In this document: piece after piece, positions 1 through 9,764 of the stretch
Position numbering within the stretch: position 1 is the stretch's first letter
Layout: each line of letters opens with the position of its first letter
Assembly (NCBI GenBank): GCA_023412975.1
Contig: JAEZRB010000152.1
Span: forward strand, 998-64,997
Origin: Bacteroidota bacterium
GTDB taxonomy: Bacteria > Bacteroidota > Bacteroidia > Chitinophagales > Chitinophagaceae
Direction of reading: 5' to 3'
Length of the DNA stretch: 64,000 bases
Notes under the pieces: generated by a model
Seen by the model: only the letters and a program-made list of their open reading frames with translations
What the model was told of the DNA's origin: nothing
Databases searched by the model: none
Translations under genes and position numbers: made by a program

Positions 1-393
1 CATAGTCTAAATTTTTTAATGATTGAGTTAGCTTCATTTTACCCCCTGATTTTACCTCAACATTAAATTTTGAAGTCATTATATCGACATCTCCAGCACC
101 CCAGTTGTTCTTAGTGTTCCCACAACCAAAAGTAAATATTAAACTCTAGGATTGTTGTGATTAGTCTGTGACTAATCATCAGTCCGCCTCAGCGGACTGT
201 CCACCCGGCCATAGCAACCATTGGATAATCGAAGTCAACCTTGTTTTGGTTCTTTAGGGTATCTCAAAGCCATCTATTTTCCGATTACACAAAGTGGACG
301 GCTTTTTCAAAGCCGATGGTGAGATGCAATCCCACCACAACAATCCTATAATTTTTATTGGCTTACTGATCCGGAAAAACAAACTACTGAGAA
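1..393 (-). mobile_element. Putative non-coding end of a second inserted element (IS110-like or retron-like structured RNA) preceding an ATG at 3-1
   Basis: Intron ORF-like sequence stops at about 394. A 13-bp inverted repeat (147-159/336-348) encloses several hairpins. An A-rich leader and ATG lie at the window edge. The ORF is outside the window, so the family is inferred. Confidence 0.45.
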
Positions 394-435
394 CGGGTAG
401 CTATCTTGCGATATTTTCTGCCTTCTGCCTTTCAT
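355..435 (-). pseudogene. Truncated N-terminus of intron-encoded RT/maturase (MKGRRQKISQDSYP, then a stop 12 codons later)
   Basis: ATG just after DIII. The N-terminus resembles Bacteroidota class C intron proteins as I recall them. Stop at 357-355. Confidence 0.55.
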
Positions 436-654
436 CTGGTAACATTCATTGACTACTTACTTCTTAAGGTTCAGCCCTTCCAACAGTGGTCTTACTGTTG
501 TACTATGGCCTCGGCTGACTTCTCACAGTAAATCTGTTTCAACCATGCTTCATACATAATGTTTCCGCATGTCTGTGATATCTCCCACGGTAAGACGATA
601 AACTTTCGTTCCATATACGTAAGCCTTCGGCCAAGTGCATCTTGTTAGATCGTA

Positions 655-2127
655 CTATTTCTTGTATCGATGTGGAAGCAGATCTTGTATTTGATTGATA
701 GGATGATCAGCGATGCGGTGCAACACATCTTTGAGCCAGGTGGCAGGTTCTATCCCATGCATTTTGCAGGTACCAAGTAAAGAGTACAACATACCACTAC
801 GCTTAGCTGCTTCATGACTGCCGGCAAACAGATAATTTTTCCTGCCCAGTGCCACAGGACGGATGCTGTTTTCTACCGGATTGTTATCGATGTTCAGTCT
901 TCCATCATTTACATAAGCCGATAATCTTTCCCAGCGTTCAAGACTGTAACCAATCGCTTTGCCGATCGCGCTTTTGGGTAACACCTGCAGGTATTGCTGC
1001 TGGAGCCATAGTCCCAAGTCTCTGAGGATACGAACTGATTTAAGTTTTCGGACTTCTTTTATCTGTTCAAAGCTCAGTTGTTCTTCCTGGCAGATGCGTT
1101 CGATGATATAAAGCTTTTGTATTTCCTTCAACGCATGAGTTGCCCGCTGCTCATCATTATCCAATGCATCATTGAACATGCGGCTGGCATGCGCCATACA
1201 ATGGATCAGCGTAATGCCTTGCTTTTTAGCAAAAATATCATAAGCCACATACCCGTCGGTTTGCAGGTAACCAGTAAAATCTTTAAGGATCTCTACCGGT
1301 CCTTCCCGGCCACGGCCTTCCTGGTAGTCGAACAGGGCGATCTTATCGATACTGTTTTGATAAACCCAGTAGTATCCCCGGTGTGTTTCACCTTTTTTGT
1401 CCTTATCCATCACTTTGATGGGCGTTTCATCCGCATGCAGGTAATTACTTTGTAATACTTCGGCTTTCAGCGCTTCAAACAAGGGAGTTATCAGGCCGCA
1501 TGTACTGCTCACCCAATCTGTGAGGGTAGAATAAGCCAGTTTTACGCCACTTCTTTCAAAACGCTGCATTTGCCGGTGCAGAGGAAGATGATCGATATAT
1601 TTGTCGGTAATGATCTGAGCCAGCAGTCCTTCACCCGCCATCGCCTTTTCAAGCGGCCTCGACGGAAGTTTTCCTATTATTACGCCGGTGTTATCGGGCT
1701 TAGCATATTTGATGCGTTTGTATTGCTTCACGTACAGTTCTCCTGGTTCGTATTCCAGTACTTCGGTGATCTCTTCACCGATCTTTTTGCAGTCGCCCGT
1801 ATCTTCAGAAGGCTCAATGATGATTTGTTCCCGGCGAAGACTTTCCGGCAGCTTCATTCTACCGGGATGCACCAGCGGTCTGGGTTCAACAACCACATTG
1901 GATTTTGTATAGCTGATCTGTTTGATGGAAGTGATCGTAGCAGTCGCTGCCGATTCGGTAGGGATATCAAGACTCAGCTGTGGATGCGTTGGCTCAGCAG
2001 GAATAAAGCGTTCGTGACGGGAGCCGAAAATCATTTTTTGCAACTGCGCCAGTTGCTGTTTGAGTTGTAAAATCTCAAACTGCGATTGCTCATATAAACT
2101 TTTATAATCTGTACTGGCGGACATCAC
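655..2127 (-). CDS. tnpC: IS66 DDE transposase TnpC
   Basis: N-terminal coiled coil + FGSRHE, HADETP, LQTDGY, CMAHA, IDNNPVENSIRPVALGRKNYLF. Confidence 0.95.
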   Translation of the reverse strand: MMSASTDYKSLYEQSQFEILQLKQQLAQLQKMIFGSRHERFIPAEPTHPQLSLDIPTESAATATITSIKQISYTKSNVVVEPRPLVHPGRMKLPESLRREQIIIEPSEDTGDCKKIGEEITEVLEYEPGELYVKQYKRIKYAKPDNTGVIIGKLPSRPLEKAMAGEGLLAQIITDKYIDHLPLHRQMQRFERSGVKLAYSTLTDWVSSTCGLITPLFEALKAEVLQSNYLHADETPIKVMDKDKKGETHRGYYWVYQNSIDKIALFDYQEGRGREGPVEILKDFTGYLQTDGYVAYDIFAKKQGITLIHCMAHASRMFNDALDNDEQRATHALKEIQKLYIIERICQEEQLSFEQIKEVRKLKSVRILRDLGLWLQQQYLQVLPKSAIGKAIGYSLERWERLSAYVNDGRLNIDNNPVENSIRPVALGRKNYLFAGSHEAAKRSGMLYSLLGTCKMHGIEPATWLKDVLHRIADHPINQIQDLLPHRYKK

Positions 2128-2169
2128 TGCAAAGATGTGATGACATCACGCATGCCAATAATTTTTTTT

Positions 2170-2541
2170 TCAACCGGATGCAATGCTATGTTGGTATCTT
2201 TTTCTATACCGGATTGTTTGCAGGGAGATCCCCTGCAGAATAAAGTGTAACTGGTCTGTGGTCAGTTGCATACTGTTTGCATCCAGGTTGAACGACGGCA
2301 CTTCAAAAGCGCCTTTTTCCAGTCTGCGGTAGAAGATGGCGAAGCCCCCTTTTTCATACACCAGTAGTTTAAGATGCGTGCGCGGACGGTTGATAAAAAT
2401 AAACGCATCGCCCTGTGTTACTATTCTGCCCAGTTCATTGGTGATAATACCGCACAGCTGATTAAATCCTTTACGCATATCAGTTTCTTTGCGGTACAAA
2501 TGATAACTGCGTTGATCTGTAAGAACGATTAAGCTACTCAT
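2170..2541 (-). CDS. tnpB: IS66 accessory protein TnpB
   Basis: TDMRKGFNQL, FIFINR, RRLEKGAF. Confidence 0.95.
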   Translation of the reverse strand: MSSLIVLTDQRSYHLYRKETDMRKGFNQLCGIITNELGRIVTQGDAFIFINRPRTHLKLLVYEKGGFAIFYRRLEKGAFEVPSFNLDANSMQLTTDQLHFILQGISLQTIRYRKRYQHSIASG

Positions 2542-2846
2542 TGCACCAGTTCTTTAAGATAAGCGGCACTGACCGGCTGATATAAACGAATGCCACTGAC
2601 TTCGGCAAACAATTGATCAGTCGGAGTCGACTGCAACACTACCCTGGAAAATCCTGAAGGTTTTGTGCTATTCGATCCCGCCGCTTTACGCCTCGATAAC
2701 CATTTATGAAAATTGCCGGGGTTAATTCCTTTCATCTCACAAAACTCTTTTACACCAACGCTACTTTCTTTATACTGCGATATCAAATCATCTATCTGCT
2801 GCTGCGTTCTGCGAATCCGACCCTTTGAAATCTCATGCTGTTCCAT
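2538..2846 (-). CDS. tnpA: IS66 accessory HTH protein TnpA
   Basis: VKEFCEMKGINPGNFHKW HTH; ATGA overlap with tnpB; start taken at MEQHE. Confidence 0.85.
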   Translation of the reverse strand: MEQHEISKGRIRRTQQQIDDLISQYKESSVGVKEFCEMKGINPGNFHKWLSRRKAAGSNSTKPSGFSRVVLQSTPTDQLFAEVSGIRLYQPVSAAYLKELVQ

Positions 2847-3155
2847 ACGTATTTTTTGGAACAAACTTAATAACCAACAGTCAGGTTAACCAGATGTAGT
2901 TAGCCGTGGGCTTACCCATATACCCGCAACATTTACACTTCTGTGTCTGTATAGTCTTCGGACTTCGCTTTGTCATGCAAGCTCATCCCACAGAATATGC
3001 CTGATGCTGTTCGTGTTCCTCGGGCCGGAACTTTGTCGCCAGCTTCCTTCAGATTTCACCTCGCAGTGAACACCCTTACTCTTGGCTAATGGTTGGCGAC
3101 TATATGCCCCCATAACGGATTTGCACCGTCAAGTTTATCGCCATGCGTGGCGCAC

Positions 3156-3183
3156 AAGCAAAAGCCCGGCATGACCGGGCTTT
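3156..3183 (-). terminator. Intrinsic terminator of rhs-immunity pair; intron target site
   Basis: AAAGCCCGG-TCATG-CCGGGCTTTT-GCTT directly abutting GTGCG. Confidence 0.9.
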
Positions 3184-3199
3184 GTTGTAGGCGGATCTC

Positions 3200-3583
3200 T
3201 TATTCAAATATTTTTTTCTTTTCTAACTCCAAGAGGCTATATGTATTCTTATCACTCATTTTACTTTTATTATCTCTTCTACCTGTTATTTTATAAATAT
3301 GCACACTATCGCCGTCGCATTCATACGAATAACCCTCATCACCATTATCATAGACGCCAACATGCATTCTAAAATTAACCGAATCGGTTAAATAATCAGA
3401 TACCCTATCTCCTCCGTAGGCCCCACCACCAGCTATTTCATATGTTTCAACAAATAAATTTTTACTACAAACCCTTGTAGTAGAAGTGTGCTTAGATTTA
3501 TCTCGATCATTGCTACACCCTAAACAGAATACAACAAGAAAAATAAAAAGAAATTTGACCTTTGATAAATAAGGTAGATTCAT
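3200..3583 (-). CDS. Lipoprotein, putative Rhs immunity protein
   Basis: Lipobox CLGC, AT-rich, 19 bp downstream of the rhs toxin gene. Confidence 0.65.
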   Translation of the reverse strand: MNLPYLSKVKFLFIFLVVFCLGCSNDRDKSKHTSTTRVCSKNLFVETYEIAGGGAYGGDRVSDYLTDSVNFRMHVGVYDNGDEGYSYECDGDSVHIYKITGRRDNKSKMSDKNTYSLLELEKKKIFE

Positions 3584-3602
3584 TTAAAATGTTTTAACGG
3601 CA

Positions 3603-5678
3603 CTAAAATTTTCCGATTTGATTCCGAATTTCCTGTTTCAACAACTTTGTAGCCTTTTCCGTTTGTGCATTGATGTATGTAGCTGGCGTAGGCTTGCCCA
3701 GTTTATTAGCTGCATCGGTCATGCCAAGCGTGTTATACTTATAATCTGTTGGATTATCACCATGCGGCCGTACAGGATGAAACAAGGTTGTAATAGTTCC
3801 CAAAATAAGACCATTATTTTTCGTCTGCTCCGCCCAGCCCGCGCCTAACCATTGAAAATCGTAATTGATTCCAGAATAAGTACCCGTATACCCTGCATGA
3901 TAGTTACCTACATCTGCGGAACTACTAAAAGACAGGCTGCCATCTGTAAAACTTGTATGCTTTGCATTTGGGTCATTTTTTAAGGCCTCTTTGTCGAAGT
4001 TCCACGCAACACCGAATATTGTATTCTCATTATTCTTCAAATCCCAAGGCGCATCTTGCTTCACTTGGTTTTTCCACTCAAGAGTACTAAGCCCTTTCGC
4101 TGTCTCTCCATTCTGGCTCAAAAGATTTCCGAAAAAATCTTTCATATCAATATTCTTACCCAACTCTCCCACTTCTTTTCCGCCAGCAGTATGATCTGTT
4201 GCAGAATATTTTTTATCTACGTCGGCAGCCGTTGTACCTTTCTTATGTACAAAGACTCTATTGTCTCCATCATTAATATTCTTCAACACATTTCCCTTAT
4301 CATCGATATGAACAGATTCGACACCCATTCCGTCAGGGTCTGTAAAGCGAAGAGGATTATTAACTACATAGTTGTAAGGACTCCATCTTCTATACAAGTC
4401 ACTTAATGGATCAGGAGTAAACCATCTTCCTATCTGGTTATCATACATTCTTGCTCCATAGTCTAGCCATTCCAGTCCTGAGCCATCACTGAACTCCTTT
4501 CTCTGTTCTTCTTTACCATTGTATTTATAATGATTATCAGGAGAACCAAAGCCTAATGCTTTAGAAGAGATTCCGTTCATGGTAAGCCCAAACGGATAAT
4601 AATGCGTTTCCTCCAATATAGGCCCCCGAATATGAGTTACCTGGAGATTATCAAAGAACACATCTATGTTAGGCGTTTCATTACTAACATAGATATAAAG
4701 ATAACCGTTTTTGTCAACAGGTTTATTCTCAATCAGGTGGGTCTTAAACTCCTGGTCATTGCCTGCACCATCAAAACCACTGCTGTTGCTTACAAGCTTA
4801 AACTGCTCATCAAACAAGACCCAGTTCAAATAGGCTTTCGGCTTCCCGGTGCCGACTGTCTGGCCATTTAAAAAGCTCGTGACGCCCGGGGTGAACACGC
4901 CACTGCTGGCTAGTTCCGTCGTGGTTGCACCCCCATGCACTGAACTTATGCTACCGACAAAGCCTGCTAGCGCTGCCACCACATCCGCCAAGGGATTTAC
5001 CGGTGTACCAGGTGTCACGCCATTCTTCCTGTACCAACTGTTTGCCCTGATGTTAAACTTATCGCCAGCCATTACTTTTAATACGATACCTGTACCCGTT
5101 TTAGCGCCATTGCCATTCAGCTTTTGTATAAAATCGTTGGGATTGGTATAGGTATCGCTGGGATATCCACTGACCGTATTTTTATTGACCCTTCCTGTAT
5201 CAAGGCCGCTATAGTATAGCTTTTCATTGGCCAGGGATGTAGTTTCCAATGAGGCAACCGGGTAAGCATCCGTCTGCTTCTGCGTGGTCAACACCATCCG
5301 AACATTACCCAAATGGTCTTTGAGCATGTAATCGTATTGGAAACTGCTGTCGCATGATTTAAACCGTATCCTCCCTTCCCCGTCCGCTACAAATTGCAAA
5401 ACATCGTTTTCGTATACAGCGCTGCCGATATATGTCGTAGTTGTGGTTCTAGAGGGGTTAACAGTATTGTCAATGGTCTCCTTTCTTAACTTATATCCGG
5501 CCGCACTATAGGTGTATGTAATTGAATCCTTACCTGTAATTGTGACTACATGCGACAGATTCAAATGGTTGTAGGTGATGCTGCTGATAGCCTTGTTTAA
5601 ATCACTGGAAAGGTTGCCATTCACATCGTACGTGTAATCGTTGCTACTGCCACTGCTGCCGTTTTTGAAATCATACCC
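3603..5678 (-). pseudogene. 5'-truncated (orphan) RHS core protein with Ntox44-like C-terminal toxin
   Basis: [35 protein letters not shown]; tail has WDLK, GNYHAG, DNPTD. The frame begins mid-YD-repeat (DFKNG...[10 protein letters not shown]) right after an in-frame TGA at 5681-5679. Confidence 0.85.
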
Positions 5679-5843
5679 TCACCCCTTTTTCTCCAAAAAA
5701 AAGCCCGCCGCCTGATGACCTTTTTTCATTCTGCCGATTAAATACTGTTATCCCAACCTATAAAAACCACCCGTTTCACCTGTCCCCCTGACGACCAAAA
5801 CAGTAGAACCATTCTCAACATTTATCAATAAAACCTACACACC

Positions 5844-7526
5844 ATGAGTACTGCCATTGAAAGGTATGTGATCAAGCACATATCCGGAAGTAAAATCAAC
5901 CAGGTTGAAGAATTTGACTTCAGCAAACCTGAACTTTCCATCGGCCGCGCTGCCGGCTCCGAGATCCAGTTTGACCCCGAAAAAGAGGTGGTCGTCAGCC
6001 GCGAACACGGCAAAATCGTAAAAAACAGCTCCGAACCCCCTAAATTCACCATCGTTGACAACAATAGCCGCAATGGCATCTTTGTCAACAAAAACCGCGT
6101 TAAAGGCTCAGCCGTCCTTAACCCCGGTGATGAAATCCAATTAGGTAATAATGGCCCCATCTTCACATTTGACATCTATCCCCGCCCACAGGACATGATG
6201 ATGGCCACACGGGTGGTAGAAATCCCTACGTCAATCAAACCTACTACTATCTCTGAAGTACAAAGCACTGAAGTACTGCCGATCGAACCGGTGAAAACAG
6301 GTCTCGGTAAGCAAACCGTAGAAAGAATGCTGGTTGCAGAAAGAAAAAAATCTTACAGCACTATGGCATTTGGCATCGCTGGCCTTATAATCCTACTGGG
6401 GGTGCTGGGATATACTTTCAGGGACGACCTGTTTGGCAAAAAGTCAACCATCGTCCAAAACAATACAACCATTATCAAAGACACCACCAATCAAAATAAA
6501 AAATCACCCGACCAGATCTCCAGGGAAAACGAAGACCGTGTGGTCCAGATCGAGTTTTCATGGGAACTGTTTGATGCCAACAACGGCAACCAGCTCTGGC
6601 ATGAATATGTGCAGGTAGGTAAAGGTAACCAGGCCAGGTTTGCTGCCTTATTTATTCAAAACCCCGATGGCCAGATCGAGCCCTATATCGATGCGCAAAA
6701 CCGTGTTGGCACAGGCTTACCTGTAGGCGGCAACAACAGCACGGGCTCGGGATTCGTAGTTTCGGCAGATGGTTATATCCTTACTAACCGTCACGTGGCC
6801 GCCACCTGGCATACACGTCATGATCCTTTCATTCCTGAATTTGCTTATCCCGGTTTGCTGGTCAACGGTAATAAAGAAATTATAAAAGATCAGCAGGGCA
6901 ACCCGGTAACCGTTATGCCCCAGGATGTAGGCATATGGGTGCCTGCTGAAACCAAGATGCTTGGTGGCAGACCCGTAGGGCCCGGCACCATCCAGGGCCG
7001 CAATAAATATATTAATGTAGTTTTTGCCGGTACTTCACTCCGTCGCCCTGTAATATCTGTCACGCCATCAGACAACCACGATGTGGCCCTGATCCGTGCT
7101 GATATTCCGCCATCCCTTACACCCGTTAAAATGAAGGATAACTACGAAACTGTAAAACCCGGCCAGGCTGTTACCGTGATGGGTTACCCAGCTATGGCAC
7201 CTGATCAATACGTTGTTCGCCGGTCAAACGATCCCTTCAACCCGGCCAGCAAATTTACCACTGTGCCTACCCCCACTGTTACGCCCGGAAATATCGGAAG
7301 GATCATCCCTGCCAGTTCCGAGTCGGCTAAGACCATCAGCACCTTTGGTGATTCATACCAGCTCACCATCAACGCAACGGGTGGTGGCAATAGCGGCGGT
7401 CCCATGTTTGACGACGAAGGCAATGTGATCGGTATTTACTACTCAGGTAGTGCGAAGATCTCATTTGCTGTACCGATCAAATATGGCCTGGAACTGCTTG
7501 GACTCAAGAAAGTAGCGTCCCGTTAA
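5844..7526 (+). CDS. FHA domain - TM - trypsin-like serine protease
   Basis: FHA motifs IGR, VSREH, DNNSRNG, LNPGDEI; TM MAFGIAGLIILLGVLGY; triad LTNRHV / HDVALI / GNSGGP. Confidence 0.9.
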   Translation: MSTAIERYVIKHISGSKINQVEEFDFSKPELSIGRAAGSEIQFDPEKEVVVSREHGKIVKNSSEPPKFTIVDNNSRNGIFVNKNRVKGSAVLNPGDEIQLGNNGPIFTFDIYPRPQDMMMATRVVEIPTSIKPTTISEVQSTEVLPIEPVKTGLGKQTVERMLVAERKKSYSTMAFGIAGLIILLGVLGYTFRDDLFGKKSTIVQNNTTIIKDTTNQNKKSPDQISRENEDRVVQIEFSWELFDANNGNQLWHEYVQVGKGNQARFAALFIQNPDGQIEPYIDAQNRVGTGLPVGGNNSTGSGFVVSADGYILTNRHVAATWHTRHDPFIPEFAYPGLLVNGNKEIIKDQQGNPVTVMPQDVGIWVPAETKMLGGRPVGPGTIQGRNKYINVVFAGTSLRRPVISVTPSDNHDVALIRADIPPSLTPVKMKDNYETVKPGQAVTVMGYPAMAPDQYVVRRSNDPFNPASKFTTVPTPTVTPGNIGRIIPASSESAKTISTFGDSYQLTINATGGGNSGGPMFDDEGNVIGIYYSGSAKISFAVPIKYGLELLGLKKVASR

Positions 7527-7578
7527 GATCAATCTCAGCCTTTAATCACCTTTTCCACTCATCGCCAAGAAATCACTC

Positions 7579-8868
7579 ATGAGACCAGTGAATACTCCTT
7601 ATAGTGAGATCGCAGGATACCGCCTGACCCGGCATATCGGGTCGGGTGGTATGGGCGATGTTTACAAAGCCACCCATACCACGCTTAACCGCGAAGCGGC
7701 TATCAAGATCCTTTTTCAAAAAGAATTGGCCAACAGGTTTGAAAACGAAGCCTACATCCAGTCATCAGTCAATCATCCCAATATCGCAAGATTGTATGAA
7801 TATGTTTGTAATGGCGAAGTGCATTGCATTATCATGGAATATGTAGAGGGTGAGTCACTCGATGCATATATCCATCGCAAGGGTAAACTGAATGGTGAGG
7901 AAGCGGAAAAGATACTGGCGCAGATTACTTCAGCGCTGGCTTACCTGCATGCGAAAGACATCATCCACCGCGATATCAAGCCGGCGAATTTCAAGATCCA
8001 GGCGGATGGTACGGTGAAGATGCTTGATTTCGGAATTGCCAAGCACCGGTATTCTCCAAAATTCACGCAGCAGGGTTTTGTGGTAGGCACTACGGAATAC
8101 ATGGCGCCGGAACAATTTCAGCAACAGGTTCAAAAAAAATCGGATATCTGGAGTCTCGGGGTTATGCTCTATGAAATGCTGACCGGTTATCTTCCGTTTG
8201 AAGCCAACAACCAGGTCACGCTGCGTGCGCGGATCGCGAGGGCAAGTTTCACCGACCCCAAAGTACTGGTACCGCAAATACCTGAGTCATTAACGCAGGT
8301 AATTGAGAAAAGCCTGCGGGTCAATCCCGCCAGTCGTATGTCGGCACAGGAAATTCTTACCATACTAAAAGATAAAAAACCCAAAGCAGCATCGGTACCA
8401 CAAGTTCGAAAACCGTTGCAGATGCCCGCGCTCAAACTACCAGCGTTCAAACTACCGGTGATGAACATTCCGGAGGTGAAGATACCCGCGCTGAAAATGC
8501 CGCGACTTAACAAAGTGCATGTGGGTGCTTTGATGGGACTGGTGTTACTGGTTGTATTCCTGGTTAGCAGGGATGATAACGAAACACCGCCCCCACCGCC
8601 ACCACCTGCGGAAGGTGTGGTAACGGTTCCCGAGGTTGAAAAGCCGCCGAGTCAATTCAAACTGGTGATCAATGTGCAGGGGACTGATAATGCTGAAATC
8701 ATACTGGCCAACGGGGAAAGGCGAAAGCTGCCCTTCGAAATAATGGGTAGCAATGGGGAAATAGTTGAAGGAGTGATCAGGGCAAATGGCTTTCTGGACA
8801 CCCTGATAAGACCGGTGATCAGTCACCGCAAGAGTGTTTATACTTATGAACTGGCAAAAATCAAATAA
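7579..8868 (+). CDS. Hanks-type Ser/Thr kinase with TM and short periplasmic (PEGA-like?) domain
   Basis: GSGGMG, AIK, HRDIKPAN, DFG, APE; TM VGALMGLVLLVVFLV. Confidence 0.93.
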   Translation: MRPVNTPYSEIAGYRLTRHIGSGGMGDVYKATHTTLNREAAIKILFQKELANRFENEAYIQSSVNHPNIARLYEYVCNGEVHCIIMEYVEGESLDAYIHRKGKLNGEEAEKILAQITSALAYLHAKDIIHRDIKPANFKIQADGTVKMLDFGIAKHRYSPKFTQQGFVVGTTEYMAPEQFQQQVQKKSDIWSLGVMLYEMLTGYLPFEANNQVTLRARIARASFTDPKVLVPQIPESLTQVIEKSLRVNPASRMSAQEILTILKDKKPKAASVPQVRKPLQMPALKLPAFKLPVMNIPEVKIPALKMPRLNKVHVGALMGLVLLVVFLVSRDDNETPPPPPPPAEGVVTVPEVEKPPSQFKLVINVQGTDNAEIILANGERRKLPFEIMGSNGEIVEGVIRANGFLDTLIRPVISHRKSVYTYELAKIK

Positions 8869-9764
8869 TGAACTTCCTACATAAAATTTTCGGCCGCAAA
8901 CAAAAAAAAGAGAACCATTCCGAGATCATCGATTCCGGTAATATAAAAGCGGTGGTGTTATCGGACCTGGGCAATGTGCGGACGAATAACGAAGACATCG
9001 GTATGTTTTATCGCATCGCCGACGAAGAGATCACACGGGAAAAAGGATACCTGCTCCTGGTAGCCGATGGCATGGGTGGTCATAAGGCCGGAGAAGTAGC
9101 GAGTCGCATGGCGGTAGAAACCATCAGCCAGGAATACTTTAAGCAGAATGGCAACAACGGAAACATCGAAAAAAATCTTTCCAAAGCATTTGCCGCTGCC
9201 AATAAAAAAATTTTCGAACTGGCAGCGAAAAATAAAGCATACCAGGGCATGGGCACTACCTGTACGGCTTTTGCCATCGTGGGCGAATCAGTTTATTACG
9301 CACATGCGGGTGATAGTCGTGGTTATTTTATAAAGAAAGACGCCATACTCCGCGTGACCGAGGATCATACTTATGTACAGGAACTGGTCAACAAAGGAGA
9401 GATCAGCAGCCAGGAAGCCGACACGCATCCCAAACGTAATATTCTTACCAATGCCATGGGTACGCGTCCTGAGATCAGGATCGATACAGGAAAATGCGAG
9501 TGGTCATTTACAATCAATGATAAATTACTGCTTTGCTCCGACGGTTTGTACGACTACATCACCGAAACGGAGATGCAGGCGATCCTGAACGAACGCCCGA
9601 TCCATGACGCGGCTGAATACATGATACAGGAAACAAAAAAAAGAGGGGGACACGACAATATCACGGTAGTGATGGTTGAAAAAATCGTAGAGCCGGCTAA
9701 TGTAACGGCTAAGGAGACTCGTGATGTTGATCTGCCTCAAACAAAAGAATACGACCTGCCATGA
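8868..9764 (+). CDS. PP2C/Stp1-family Ser/Thr phosphatase
   Basis: RTNNED, VADGMGG, HAGDSR, CSDGL, GGHDNIT; overlaps both neighbours. Confidence 0.95.
   Translation: MNFLHKIFGRKQKKENHSEIIDSGNIKAVVLSDLGNVRTNNEDIGMFYRIADEEITREKGYLLLVADGMGGHKAGEVASRMAVETISQEYFKQNGNNGNIEKNLSKAFAAANKKIFELAAKNKAYQGMGTTCTAFAIVGESVYYAHAGDSRGYFIKKDAILRVTEDHTYVQELVNKGEISSQEADTHPKRNILTNAMGTRPEIRIDTGKCEWSFTINDKLLLCSDGLYDYITETEMQAILNERPIHDAAEYMIQETKKRGGHDNITVVMVEKIVEPANVTAKETRDVDLPQTKEYDLP

Larger units (their letters stand above)
619..2915 (-). mobile_element. IS66-family insertion sequence, complete
   Basis: Imperfect TIRs GTAAGCCTTCGGCCAAGTGCATCT / GTAAGCCCACGGCTAACTACATCT (revcomp). 8-bp TSD CCATATAC at 611-618 and 2916-2923. 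tnpA-tnpB-tnpC order. Confidence 0.97.
394..3155 (-). mobile_element. Group II intron, class IIC, 5' part (DI-DIII and ORF start), interrupted by IS66
   Basis: 5' GTGCGCCACGCATGGCG at 3155 directly follows a terminator hairpin plus T tract. DIII-like AGAAGTCAGCCGAGGCCATAGTA...GAAGGGCTGAAC at about 524-469. DV/DVI are not in the window. Confidence 0.85.

Noticed and set aside
1180..1200. TnpC CMAHASR instead of the usual CxAHxRR as an inactivating mutation
   Set aside because: A single residue cannot be judged without an alignment; the ORF, TIRs and TSD are intact.
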